The notes beneath the pieces were generated by a model, which ran no database searches, was not told the origin of the DNA, and was given only the letters and a program-made list of their open reading frames with translations. Below, piece by piece: positions 27,392-36,428 of a stretch of 64,000 bases of DNA. A program made the position numbers and the translations under genes. Every line of letters begins with the position of its first letter. The stretch's first letter is position 1. Location of the stretch: positions 68,358-132,357 of the forward strand of contig CAZHKE010000001.1 of NCBI GenBank assembly GCA_964532485.1, in the 5' to 3' direction. The DNA comes from an uncultured Bifidobacteriaceae bacterium (lineage in GTDB: Bacteria > Actinomycetota > Acidimicrobiia > IMCC26256 > PALSA-555).

Positions 27392-27431
27392 CTTCGCGCT
27401 TCGCGTCGGCGACGGGCGCTCGCTCGTCCGG

Positions 27432-28061
27432 TCAGGACGTCCGGACCCAGGTGTCGCGCGACAGGATCCGCCAGCCGGCTCCCCGGTCGAGGAACCGCGC
27501 CACGTCGGCGGCGACGACGCGCCGACCCTCGTCGCTGTCGTAGAAGCGTTCGCGGAGGTCGGCTACGGAGCGGAACCGCATCTCGGCGACCCCGTCGACT
27601 TCGGGTGCCTCGGCGGTCAGCGGCTCGAGCACGACGTTCTGCGCGTAGTGCCAGAAGGCGGGGTGGTGCCGGCGCACGATCGGCGTGTGGTGCTCGGTCC
27701 AATGGGCTGCCATCTGGGCGCGGGTGAGCGACGGCAGGCGGCGCAGGAACACGAGGCGGCAGAGCCCGGGAGGCTGGTCACCGTCGGACGGGCGCAGGCC
27801 GGCGTCGATCTGCACGTGCTCGTCGACGCGGTAGGCGTCCACGCGCCCGCCGAGCGCCCAGCCCCCGATCGTTGCCGCATCGGGCTCCTCGTCGCACCAC
27901 GCGACCACCACCGCGTGCAGGCCGTCGGGCTGCTCGGCCGGCTCGTCGGGGTGCGGACGGTGCACGACGATCCGCGACGCAGGGAGCGCGCGCAACGCGT
28001 CGAGGTCCGGGTCGGCGCCGAGAACCACGCCCACCACCTTGATGCTCTCGCCCGCCGTCAC
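27432..28061 (-). CDS. EthD-domain protein
   Basis: 209 aa. The C-terminal half LTRAQMAAHWTEHHTPIVRRHHP...YAQN...DSDEGRRVVAADVARF is typical of EthD. Confidence 0.6.
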   Translation of the reverse strand: MTAGESIKVVGVVLGADPDLDALRALPASRIVVHRPHPDEPAEQPDGLHAVVVAWCDEEPDAATIGGWALGGRVDAYRVDEHVQIDAGLRPSDGDQPPGLCRLVFLRRLPSLTRAQMAAHWTEHHTPIVRRHHPAFWHYAQNVVLEPLTAEAPEVDGVAEMRFRSVADLRERFYDSDEGRRVVAADVARFLDRGAGWRILSRDTWVRTS

Positions 28062-28786
28062 GTGTCGTATCGCGGCGACGGGACGTCCTCGACCCCGTTG
28101 CGGTGCGAGATCAGCTGGACGCGCCCGGAGTCATCGCGCTCGAGCAGCGCGGCGACCGCGTCGGCGACCGTCTCGGGTGCCAGGAACGTCGCACCACGGT
28201 CGACCCCCTGCTGCAGCCGCGCTCCGGCGACCATCGGCGTGTCGATGCCCGAAGGGCAGATCGCGTGCAGCCGCACCCCCTGCCGAGCGAGCTGCGGGGC
28301 GACGCTGCGCACGAAGCCGACGACGCCGTGCTTGGTCGCGGCGTAGATGGGATCGCCGCCGTAGGGGATCAGCCCGGCCAGCGACGCGGTGACCACGATC
28401 GCGCCGCCGCCGCGCTCGATCATCACCGGGGCGAGCGCGTGCACGCCGAGCACGATGCCGTCGAGGTTGACGCCCACCAGCGCGCGATAGCGCGCAACCG
28501 GCGTCTCGAGGAACGGCACGCTGTCGGTCGATGCGAGGATCCCCGCGTTGAGGTGGACGAGGTCGACCCCCGTGCCAGCCCGCACGTCGTCGGCGAGGAT
28601 CGACCATCCAGCCGCGTCCGAGACGTCGAGGTGCACGTAGCGACCGCCGACATCGGTCGCTACCCGTCGTCCGTTGTCGTCGTCGTTGTCGACGACGACG
28701 ACCGACGCGCCGTCACGGGCGAGCCGACGCGCGCTCGCGGCGCCGACTCCGGAGGCGGCGCCGGTCACGACCGCCACGGGGCTCAC
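28058..28786 (-). CDS. Short-chain dehydrogenase/reductase (SDR)
   Basis: In-frame GTG 28786 gives MSPVAVVTGAASGVGAA..., NAGI, IYAATKHGV (YxxxK). The longer track ORF would overlap the upstream gene. Confidence 0.8.
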   Translation of the reverse strand: MSPVAVVTGAASGVGAASARRLARDGASVVVVDNDDDNGRRVATDVGGRYVHLDVSDAAGWSILADDVRAGTGVDLVHLNAGILASTDSVPFLETPVARYRALVGVNLDGIVLGVHALAPVMIERGGGAIVVTASLAGLIPYGGDPIYAATKHGVVGFVRSVAPQLARQGVRLHAICPSGIDTPMVAGARLQQGVDRGATFLAPETVADAVAALLERDDSGRVQLISHRNGVEDVPSPRYDT

Positions 28787-28868
28787 CGCTCGGGCCGGTT
28801 CCGTGAGAGGTGCGCGCCGTCGTCGGCCAGGAGCGTCTGGCCGGTCACGCCGCGCCCGAGGTCGATCG
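28783..28868 (-). pseudogene. Possible 3'-terminal remnant of an SDR gene
   Basis: Own translation of the 82-bp gap: IDLGRGVTGQTLLADDGAHLSRNRPER*. It resembles the conserved SDR C-terminus (..ITGQTL.VDGG..). Its TGA overlaps the next SDR GTG as GTGA. It is in a different frame from the Zn-ADH gene that ends at 28869. Confidence 0.35.
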
Positions 28869-29837
28869 TCACGGCTCGACCACGACCTTGATCGCGCCCG
28901 CAGCACGGTCGCCGGCGACGCGGAACGCCTCGGCGGCGGCATCGAGTGGGAAGCGATGGGTGATCAGCGTCCCGGCGATCAGGCGGTCGGACGCCAGGAG
29001 CATCGCCGCGTCGCCGAGGTCGGTGCCGTGCTCGTGCGCGCCGTACGTGAACGACCACTGGAAGCCCAGCTCCTTCATCAGGGCGGGCACGCTCGGGATG
29101 GCCACCGGAGACCAGTGGGTGCTGAGGAACACGACGCGCCCGCCGGGACGGCACAGGCGCACCGCGGTCTCGAGCGCCGACTCCGTGCCCGCGCACTCGA
29201 AGACGACGTCGTACTCACCGTCGGCCGGCACGGCGCCGAGCCGCTCACCCGCGATTCGCTGGGACTCGTGTCGCGCGACGAGTCCGACCTCGGCGGCCGA
29301 GCCGCGCGCGGCTGCGATCGTCGCGAGACCGATCCCGCCGGCACCGATCACGGCGACGCGCTCACCGCCCGAGAGCCCCGCGAGGCGCACCGCGTGCGTC
29401 GCGACGCCGAGGGGTTCGACGAGGCAGGCGGTCGCGGGCGTGAGGCCCTCGGGCAGGGGCACGATCGATGCCGGGTCCACGGCCACCGCGTCGGCCATGC
29501 CGCCGTCGGTGGAGACGCCGTGGATGCGCTGTGAGCCGGTGCGGCAGCGGTAGCCGTACCCGGCGCTGCACTGGTCGCACGTGCCGCACGGCCGGTTGGG
29601 GTCGACTGCGACCGCCGTCCCGTCGTCGAGCAGGCCCGCGAACTCGTGTCCGAGGATCTGGGGGAGCGGCCCGTACTCGATCAGGTGCAGGTCGGAGCCG
29701 CAGATGCTCGCCGACTGCACCCGCACGATGACCTGCTCACCATCGGCTGGCGGATCCGGGACGTCGACGACTTCGATCCCGCGCTCGGCGCTGCGGACGC
29801 CGCGCATCTCACGCGGGTTTGCGTCGAAGAACCACAC
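28869..29837 (-). CDS. Zinc-dependent alcohol dehydrogenase (MDR family)
   Basis: 322 aa with ICGSDLH, GHEFAG, structural-zinc CGTCDQCSAG..C and Rossmann VIGAGGIG. Confidence 0.85.
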   Translation of the reverse strand: MWFFDANPREMRGVRSAERGIEVVDVPDPPADGEQVIVRVQSASICGSDLHLIEYGPLPQILGHEFAGLLDDGTAVAVDPNRPCGTCDQCSAGYGYRCRTGSQRIHGVSTDGGMADAVAVDPASIVPLPEGLTPATACLVEPLGVATHAVRLAGLSGGERVAVIGAGGIGLATIAAARGSAAEVGLVARHESQRIAGERLGAVPADGEYDVVFECAGTESALETAVRLCRPGGRVVFLSTHWSPVAIPSVPALMKELGFQWSFTYGAHEHGTDLGDAAMLLASDRLIAGTLITHRFPLDAAAEAFRVAGDRAAGAIKVVVEP

Positions 29838-29867
29838 CTGACGTGGGTCTGCGACGCAAGAGTGTCA

Positions 29868-31271
29868 TCAGCCGCCGGTGAGCTCGGTGGGCTCGATGCC
29901 GAGGTAGCGCTCGAGGTTGCGGTGGAGGCTCTCGATGCGCATCTCCTCGCGCGACAGCGTGAGGTGGGTGAACCCGGGCTGGTGGAGCCCTCGCTGCGCT
30001 CGCTGGAGGTTCTCGACGTCCTGGTTGAACACGACGCCGAGGTCCGCGGTCTCGGCGTCCATGGTCACGTCGACCGGTCGGTCGCGGGGCGCATCCCGTG
30101 GGACACGCGAGAAGTAGAGGAGATCCATCAGGCAGTCGTCGGGTGTCGCGCCGGGACGCATCCGGAGCAGGGCGAGGCTCTCGGCCAGGAACACCGGTGA
30201 GATGTTGGGGAAGCAGTTGTACTGGTGGAGGTCGGTGACCTGCTCGTCGGTGAAGTCGTCGAGGTCGACGCCCAGCTCGACGGCGCGCTCGCGGATGAGC
30301 CGCGCCAGCAGGGTGCGCATCGACTCGCCGGGCTCGCGCTCGGGCACCGGTCCCGGGTCGCCGCCGCTCGGTCGACCCACGCGCTCGCCCTGCGTCGCGC
30401 AGAACGACTCCCAGATCTGTTGATCGGACGCTCCGTCGCGCAGGCGCGGGCTCGGGATCCCGTAGGGCTGGTTGAGCCGGCCGTGCCGCTCCCACACCTC
30501 CTGCGGACCGTTCACGTCGTCGGTCGACGGGATCATCTGCCGGTGGATGCCCTGCACGTGGTACGTCTCGCTGAACGCGTCGATGCCCGTCTTCCAGTTG
30601 CACGCCAGCGGCACGGTCACGATGGCGCGGCACGCGAACTCGTCGGTGCGCAGCCACGCCGTCTCGGCGGGCACGGGAGCAAGGAAGTCGCCGAGGGGCT
30701 CGGCGTCGAGGTCGAGGTTCACGAAGACCATCGGGCCCCAGGTGTCGACCTGCACCGCGCGCAGTGCGTAGTCGTCGTTCTCGATGACGCCGAAGCCCTT
30801 GCGCGACGGGACCTCGCGGAGCCGGCCGCCGAGATCCCAGCACCAGCGGTGGTACACGCAGCGGATCTCGGTGCGACCGGTGCCGGCGCCGTTGCACAGC
30901 TCGTTGCCGCGGTGCAAGCACACGTTCTGGAACGCCCGTAGCTCGCCGTCGTCGCCCCGCACGATCAGCACCGACAGCGGCCCGCACGTGTACTCGAACC
31001 AGTCGCCGGGGTCGCGCACGTGGTCGACGCTGCACGCCACCTGCCAGACGTGGGGCCAGAGGTGCTCGGTCTCGAGCGCGGCCCACTCGGGGGACGTGTA
31101 GCGCGACGCCGGCACGAGCACGGGCCTGCGCCGGTCGCTCACCGTCCCGATCGTGGAGCCGACCGGTGCCTCCTCCGTCACCTCGCCCGCGTAGGCAGGG
31201 CCGCCCGGTCGGGCATCTCGGATCCTGACCTCGCGGGTCCGGGGCGCCGGGGCCTGGGTCACGGGGTGCAC
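29868..31271 (-). CDS. Rieske [2Fe-2S] oxygenase, alpha-subunit-like
   Basis: 467 aa with CLHRGNEL...CVYHRWCWDLGG. The catalytic domain contains H..H-type motifs (YHVQGIH). GTG start at 31271; exact start uncertain. Confidence 0.8.
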   Translation of the reverse strand: MHPVTQAPAPRTREVRIRDARPGGPAYAGEVTEEAPVGSTIGTVSDRRRPVLVPASRYTSPEWAALETEHLWPHVWQVACSVDHVRDPGDWFEYTCGPLSVLIVRGDDGELRAFQNVCLHRGNELCNGAGTGRTEIRCVYHRWCWDLGGRLREVPSRKGFGVIENDDYALRAVQVDTWGPMVFVNLDLDAEPLGDFLAPVPAETAWLRTDEFACRAIVTVPLACNWKTGIDAFSETYHVQGIHRQMIPSTDDVNGPQEVWERHGRLNQPYGIPSPRLRDGASDQQIWESFCATQGERVGRPSGGDPGPVPEREPGESMRTLLARLIRERAVELGVDLDDFTDEQVTDLHQYNCFPNISPVFLAESLALLRMRPGATPDDCLMDLLYFSRVPRDAPRDRPVDVTMDAETADLGVVFNQDVENLQRAQRGLHQPGFTHLTLSREEMRIESLHRNLERYLGIEPTELTGG

Positions 31272-31285
31272 CCTACGGCGACATC

Positions 31286-31298
31286 TGACGCCTCGTCA
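31286..31298. promoter_or_regulatory. Candidate operator TGACG-CCT-CGTCA
   Basis: Full 15-bp palindrome CTGACGcctCGTCAG, 15 nt upstream of the Rieske GTG (minus strand), in the 133-bp divergent region. Confidence 0.4.
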
Positions 31299-31302
31299 GG
31301 CT

Positions 31303-31316
31303 TGAAACACGTTCCA
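31303..31316. promoter_or_regulatory. KstR-type box TGAAACACGTTCCA
   Basis: Fits the published KstR consensus TnnAACnnGTTnnA at all 8 specified positions. Lies 4 nt from the TGACG palindrome and 89 nt upstream of binding-protein gene 31405. Confidence 0.45.
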
Positions 31317-31404
31317 GTCGCGGTCAGAATCCCCCGGCCTGGGCCTACAGTCCGGGCTCGGCACGATTCCGGACCCGGACGGGGCCGGTGACAAGGGGGG
31401 AAGG

Positions 31405-32733
31405 GTGAGACGGACTCGCTGGGTGGCGCTCCTCGCCACGACGGTCCTCGCGCTGTCGGCGACGACCGCGATCGCAAGCGCGCAGGGCGGAGACGAGAAG
31501 CCCGAGGCCACCGAGGTCGGGATCACCGACGACGAGATCCGCGTCGCCGTCATCGCCGACGTCGAGAACTCGCTCGCACCGGGCCTGTTCCAGGGTGCGC
31601 CCACCGGCGTCGAGGGCTGGGCCAAGAACGTCAACAAGAACGGCGGGCTGGCGGGCCGCAAGGTGGTCGTCGACTTCATCGACTCGCACCTCTCGGCCGA
31701 CGACTCCCGCAACGCCTTCATCAAGGCGTGCTCGGAGGACTTCGCTGTCGTCGGTGCCGCGGCGCTGTTCCTCAACAACGTCGACGACATCGAGGCGTGC
31801 GTCGACCAGGCCGGGAACCCGACGGGTCTGCCGGACATCGCGGTCGTGACGACCGAGGTCGTGCAGCAGTGCTCGCCGACGACGTTCGGCATCAACCCGC
31901 CGACGATCGTGTGTGACACCAAGGACGAGCACCCGCAGACGTACCAGGCCAACGCCGGGCGCGCGTACTACTACCAGAAGAAGTTCGGGAAGGACCTCCA
32001 CGGCCCGTTCCTCTTCTCGGCCGACATCAAGGCGGCGAACAACGCCAACCGGGCCTCGATGACGCCGATGCAGGAGGTCGGGATCCAGGCCGACGAGGAG
32101 CTGGACATCGGTGCGACCGCTCCGCAGAGCGAGTACACCCCGGTCGTCCAGACGATGAAGGACAACGGCTCGAACTACGCCCAGAGCGGTCTGTCGTTCA
32201 ACTCGACGGTCGCGCTGCGCAAGGAGGCCAAGCTCCAGGGCCTCACCGACCCCGACATCATCTGGGACTGCACCCTCCAGTGCTACGACCAGGCGCTGCT
32301 CGAGCAGGGCGGATCCGACGTCGAGGACCAGTACGTCTCGCTCCTCTTCCTCCCGTTCGAGGAGGCCAGCTCGAACAAGGAGCTCAAGACCTTCCTCAAG
32401 ACGGTGGGCAAGGACGAGGCCGACGGCTTCGGTGCCCAGGCGTGGGCGTCGGGGGTGCTGTTCCAGCAGGCCGTCGAGAAGATCGCCGACGCGCAGGGCG
32501 TGAACGGCATCAACCGCCAGGCGCTGTTCGACGAGCTGAACAAGGTGACGGCGTTCGACGCCAACGGGATGATCGGCACGGTCAACGTCGCCGAGCGCGT
32601 CCCGACGCCGTGCTACGCGCTGGTGCAGGTCGAGAACGGCGAGTTCGTGCGGGTGACCCCGACGAAGAAGGGCACGTTCAACTGCGACAAGAAGAACCTG
32701 CAGCAGGTCGAGCTCGACCTCCTCACGGGCTGA
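31405..32733 (+). CDS. ABC transporter substrate-binding protein (LivJ / Peripla_BP_6-like)
   Basis: 442 aa with signal MRRTRWVALLATTVLALSATTAIASAQ, and GITDDEIRVAVIADV...NKNGGLAGRKVVVDFIDSH typical of branched-chain/aromatic-acid-type binding proteins. Confidence 0.8.
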   Translation: MRRTRWVALLATTVLALSATTAIASAQGGDEKPEATEVGITDDEIRVAVIADVENSLAPGLFQGAPTGVEGWAKNVNKNGGLAGRKVVVDFIDSHLSADDSRNAFIKACSEDFAVVGAAALFLNNVDDIEACVDQAGNPTGLPDIAVVTTEVVQQCSPTTFGINPPTIVCDTKDEHPQTYQANAGRAYYYQKKFGKDLHGPFLFSADIKAANNANRASMTPMQEVGIQADEELDIGATAPQSEYTPVVQTMKDNGSNYAQSGLSFNSTVALRKEAKLQGLTDPDIIWDCTLQCYDQALLEQGGSDVEDQYVSLLFLPFEEASSNKELKTFLKTVGKDEADGFGAQAWASGVLFQQAVEKIADAQGVNGINRQALFDELNKVTAFDANGMIGTVNVAERVPTPCYALVQVENGEFVRVTPTKKGTFNCDKKNLQQVELDLLTG

Positions 32734-32749
32734 GCGACGAGCCGGAGCG

Positions 32750-32784
32750 ACGAGGTGCCGTGGCCGTCGGCCGCGGCACCTCGT
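32750..32784 (+). terminator. GC-rich stem-loop after the first binding-protein gene
   Basis: ACGAGGTGCCG...CGGCACCTCGT: 11-bp stem with a 13-nt loop, 17 nt after the stop. No U-tract. Confidence 0.4.
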
Positions 32785-32820
32785 TCGTGTCGGGCCCTGG
32801 GAGATCGGGGTGGGGGCGCT

Positions 32821-32834
32821 TGAAACGTGTTCCA
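32821..32834. promoter_or_regulatory. KstR-type box TGAAACGTGTTCCA
   Basis: Second perfect fit to TnnAACnnGTTnnA, 26 nt upstream of ATG 32860. Shares the extended context GCTTGAAAC..GTTCCA with the box at 31303. Confidence 0.45.
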
Positions 32835-32859
32835 TCCGACGACAGGATGAGCCGACACG

Positions 32860-34218
32860 ATGATGGGGGGACCGGTGGGACACAGGCGCGCTCGGACGAC
32901 GACGATGCTCGTGGCGGCGCTGGTGGCGATCGCATCGATCGGCACGACGGCGATCGCCTCGGCCCAGGACGGCGGCGGTGAGTCGCTCGAGGCCACCGAC
33001 ATCGGGATCACCCCCGACGAGATCAGGATCGCGGTGCTCGCCGACGTCGAGAACCAGCTCCAGCCCGGCCTCTTCCAGGGGACACCGGACGCGATGGCCG
33101 GCTTCGAGAAGTACATCAACAAGACCGGTGGCCTGGCGGGGCGCAAGCTCGTCGTCGACTTCATCGACACGCACCTGTCGGCCGACGACACTCGCAACGG
33201 GATCGTCGAGGCGTGTGAGAACGACTTCGCGCTGGTCAGCACCACGTCGCTGTTCGTGAACAACGTCGACGACATGCTCAACTGCGTGGACTCCGCGGGA
33301 GCCGCGATCGGCCTGCCCGACTTCCCCGTGCTGACGACCGAGCCGGTGCACCAGTGCTCGCCGGTGTCGCACCCGATCAACCCGCCGACGCTCGACTGCG
33401 CAACCATCGACCAGCACCCGCAGACGTACCGGGCGAACACCGGCCCGACCGGGTACTACCTCAAGCAGCACGACGACGACCTGAGCGGAGTGTTCCTCTA
33501 CCCCTCCGACCTCAAGTCGGCCAAGGACTCCCAGGTGCCGATCTTCAAGGCCCAGGAGGAGAAGGGCATCGAGCTCGACGCCGAGTACGACGTGTCGGCG
33601 CGCGCGCAGCAGAGCGCCTACACGCCGATCGCGCAGCAGATCAAGGCCGACGGCTCCACGTACGCCCGCAGCGGCCTGGCGTTCAGCTCGACGGTGTCCT
33701 TGCGCAAGGAGTCGAAGCTCCAGGGCGTCGACAGCGTCGAGGTCTGGGACTGCTCGGTGCAGTGCTACAACACCCAGCTCCTGGAGCAGGGTGGATCCGA
33801 CGTCGAGGACCAGTACGTGTACCTGACCCTCGTCCCGTTCTTCAACGAGGCCAAGGCGAACAAGATGACGAGCAACTTCGTCAAGTACACCGGGAAGGAC
33901 AAGGTCGACGGCTTCGGCGCGCAGGCGTGGGCGGCGGGCGTGTACTTCCGGGATGCGGTGAGCTCCGTCGTCGACGAGGGAGGCAACAACGCGTTGACCC
34001 GCGAGGCACTCCTCGATGCCGCGGACAACGTCAACGGCTTCACCGCCGACGGGATGATCGGCAAGACCGACGTGGGCGACCGCGTGCCGTCGCCGTGCTT
34101 CGCGCTGCTCCAGGTGCGCAACGGCGACTTCGAGCGCGTCTACCCGAAGAAGGCGGCGTCCTTCGACTGCAAGAAGAGCAACCTGGTCACGCTCGACCTC
34201 GATCTGATCACCGGCTAG
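32860..34218 (+). CDS. ABC transporter substrate-binding protein (LivJ-like), tandem paralog
   Basis: 452 aa, collinear with 31405-32733 (GITPDEIRIAVLADV...NKTGGLAGRKLVVDFIDTH...). Confidence 0.8.
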   Translation: MMGGPVGHRRARTTTMLVAALVAIASIGTTAIASAQDGGGESLEATDIGITPDEIRIAVLADVENQLQPGLFQGTPDAMAGFEKYINKTGGLAGRKLVVDFIDTHLSADDTRNGIVEACENDFALVSTTSLFVNNVDDMLNCVDSAGAAIGLPDFPVLTTEPVHQCSPVSHPINPPTLDCATIDQHPQTYRANTGPTGYYLKQHDDDLSGVFLYPSDLKSAKDSQVPIFKAQEEKGIELDAEYDVSARAQQSAYTPIAQQIKADGSTYARSGLAFSSTVSLRKESKLQGVDSVEVWDCSVQCYNTQLLEQGGSDVEDQYVYLTLVPFFNEAKANKMTSNFVKYTGKDKVDGFGAQAWAAGVYFRDAVSSVVDEGGNNALTREALLDAADNVNGFTADGMIGKTDVGDRVPSPCFALLQVRNGDFERVYPKKAASFDCKKSNLVTLDLDLITG

Positions 34219-34252
34219 CCGCGAGCGGGGCGACAAGAAGGGGAATCACGAC

Positions 34253-36427
34253 GTGGCGACCGTGACCGAGCGGCTGCGGGGGCGACAGCACCGGTCGACG
34301 CTGGTCGCGGCGTTGGTCGTCGCGATCTTCGTCGGCTTCATCGTCCAGGAGTCATGGGCGGGGCGGGAGGTCACCGGCGACTCGCTGCTCTTCTTCGTCA
34401 TCGTCGGCATCACGCTCGGCTCGATCTACGCGGTCGCGGCGGCCGGTCTGGTCGTCACGTACACGACCTCGGGCATCTTCAACTTCGCGCAGGGCGCGAT
34501 GGGGATGTTCCTCGCGTTCATCTACTGGGAGCTCAAGGTCAACGCGGGCATCCAAACGATGGTCGCGCTGATCCTCACCGTGCTCGTGGCCGCGCCACTC
34601 ATGGGCGCGGTGATCGAACGCGTCTTCATGCGCCGGCTCACGACCGCGCCCCTGGTCTCGCAGCTCGTGGTGACGATCGGCTTGATGCTCTTCCTCATCG
34701 GGCTCGCGGCGACGTTCTGGGACCCCGGGGAGACCCGCTCGGTCGGGACGTTCTTCGGCAGCGACGGCTTCAACATCGGTCAGACGTTCCTCCCGTGGTA
34801 CCGGCTCATCACGATCGTGGCCGGGCTGCTGCTCGCGCTGGGGATCCGGTTGCTGCTCTACCGGACGCGTCTCGGCGTCGCGATGCGGGCCGTCGTCGAC
34901 AACCGTGAGCTCGCGGCGCTCAACGGCGCACGCCCGGGCCTCACGTCCCAGTTCTCGTGGGCGCTCGGCACGGCGATGGCGGCCCTGGCGGGCATCTTCC
35001 TCGCCGAGGAGCTGTCGACGCTGTCGATCGAGACGCTCACGCTGCTGATCATCGACGCCTTCGCGGCGGCGATCATCGGACGTCTCAAGAGCCTCCCGAT
35101 GACCTACGTCGGCGGGATGATCATCGGGCTCTCGCTGTCGTTCCAGGCCAACTTCCTCACGTGGTCCGGCCGTTGGAGCCCCGCCGGTCAGGCCATCCCG
35201 ACGATCATCCTCTTCCTCGCGCTGCTGTTCCTGCCCCAGGCGCGCATCGAAGGACGGCGCATCGGGCGCGTGATCGCGCCCCGACTGCCGACGATCAGAC
35301 GCGCGCTGTTCGGCTTCGCGTTGCTGCTCGTCGGGATCTTCCTGCTCATCGGGTTGATCTCGCGTCCCGACGTGCGAATGGTCGGCCTCGCGATGGTGAC
35401 GGCCTTCATCATGCTGTCGCTCGTCCCGCTGATCGGCTGGTCGGGGCAGGTGTCGCTCGCGCAGGTCACGTTCGTCGGCATCGGTGCGTGGGCGGCCGTC
35501 GAGTTCGCCAACGGTGGTGGTCAGGTCTTCGGACTCGAGATCTTCAGTGCCGGCAGCCCGTGGCTGCTCCTCGTCGGTGCGATCGTCGCCGTGCCGATCG
35601 GGGTCCTGATGGCGCTCCCCGCCTTGCGGTTGCAGGGTCTGTACCTCGCGCTCGCGACCCTCGCGTTCGCGCGCCTCGCGGAGTTCGTCATCTTCGACCA
35701 ACCCGAGGTGTTCGGCGGCGCCGGGCGGCGGCTCGCCGACCTCGAGGCGTTCGGGCAGAACATCACCGAGCCGTTCGGCGTCCTCGGTCTCGACTTCCCC
35801 CAGGACGCAGGCTTCGTGCTGTTCATCACCGTCATGTTCTGCCTCTTCGGCTTCATGATCGTCCTCATGCGTCGCGGCGCGTTCGGCCGCCGCCTGATGG
35901 CGATGAAGGACAGTCCGGCGGCGTGCGCCACGCTCGGCGTGAACCTGCTCACCACGAAGGTCGCGGTGTTCGCGCTCTCGGCCGCGATCGCGGGGTTCGG
36001 CGGCGCCATGCTCGGCATGCTGCGCGGGTCGGCATCGACGGCGAACTTTCAGGTGCTCCAGGGCCTGCCGTACGTCATCCTCGTCGTCATCGGCGGCGCG
36101 TCGGTCGTCAGCGGTGCCCTCCTCGGTGGCTTCCTGTTCCAGCTGCCGGTGTTCCTCGTCGACCGCCTCAGCACCTGGGAGGTCACAGTGCCGCTCGCGG
36201 GCACGTTCAAGCCGTTCGTCATCTGGAACCGGATCGCCACCGGTCTGCTCGGTGTCGCGCTCGGCCGCCGCCCCGAGGGGATCGTGCCGGAGGTCAGCAG
36301 CGAGCTGGACGAGAAGCGACGGAATCGCAAGCGGGGCGCCGTGTCGTCGGGCGCCGCCGGCGGCAGCGGGCCGCCATCGTCGTCCGAGCCGGCGCCGGCG
36401 GAGCCGGTCCCGACGCCGGGGGGCTGA
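34253..36427 (+). CDS. Fused ABC permease (LivH-like plus LivM-like domains)
   Basis: 724 aa, highly hydrophobic throughout. The N-terminal half looks LivH-like (GIFNFAQGAMGMF) and the C-terminal half LivM-like (GWSGQVSLAQVTFVGIGAW). Confidence 0.8.
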   Translation: MATVTERLRGRQHRSTLVAALVVAIFVGFIVQESWAGREVTGDSLLFFVIVGITLGSIYAVAAAGLVVTYTTSGIFNFAQGAMGMFLAFIYWELKVNAGIQTMVALILTVLVAAPLMGAVIERVFMRRLTTAPLVSQLVVTIGLMLFLIGLAATFWDPGETRSVGTFFGSDGFNIGQTFLPWYRLITIVAGLLLALGIRLLLYRTRLGVAMRAVVDNRELAALNGARPGLTSQFSWALGTAMAALAGIFLAEELSTLSIETLTLLIIDAFAAAIIGRLKSLPMTYVGGMIIGLSLSFQANFLTWSGRWSPAGQAIPTIILFLALLFLPQARIEGRRIGRVIAPRLPTIRRALFGFALLLVGIFLLIGLISRPDVRMVGLAMVTAFIMLSLVPLIGWSGQVSLAQVTFVGIGAWAAVEFANGGGQVFGLEIFSAGSPWLLLVGAIVAVPIGVLMALPALRLQGLYLALATLAFARLAEFVIFDQPEVFGGAGRRLADLEAFGQNITEPFGVLGLDFPQDAGFVLFITVMFCLFGFMIVLMRRGAFGRRLMAMKDSPAACATLGVNLLTTKVAVFALSAAIAGFGGAMLGMLRGSASTANFQVLQGLPYVILVVIGGASVVSGALLGGFLFQLPVFLVDRLSTWEVTVPLAGTFKPFVIWNRIATGLLGVALGRRPEGIVPEVSSELDEKRRNRKRGAVSSGAAGGSGPPSSSEPAPAEPVPTPGG

Positions 36428-36428
36428 C

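Noticed and set aside
29845-29860. GGGTCTGCGACGCAAG resembles the right arm of the hairpin repeat family (GGGTGAGAGACGCAACC).
   Set aside because: There is no matching left arm or loop and there are several mismatches. It could be a decayed copy, but it is not countable on this evidence.
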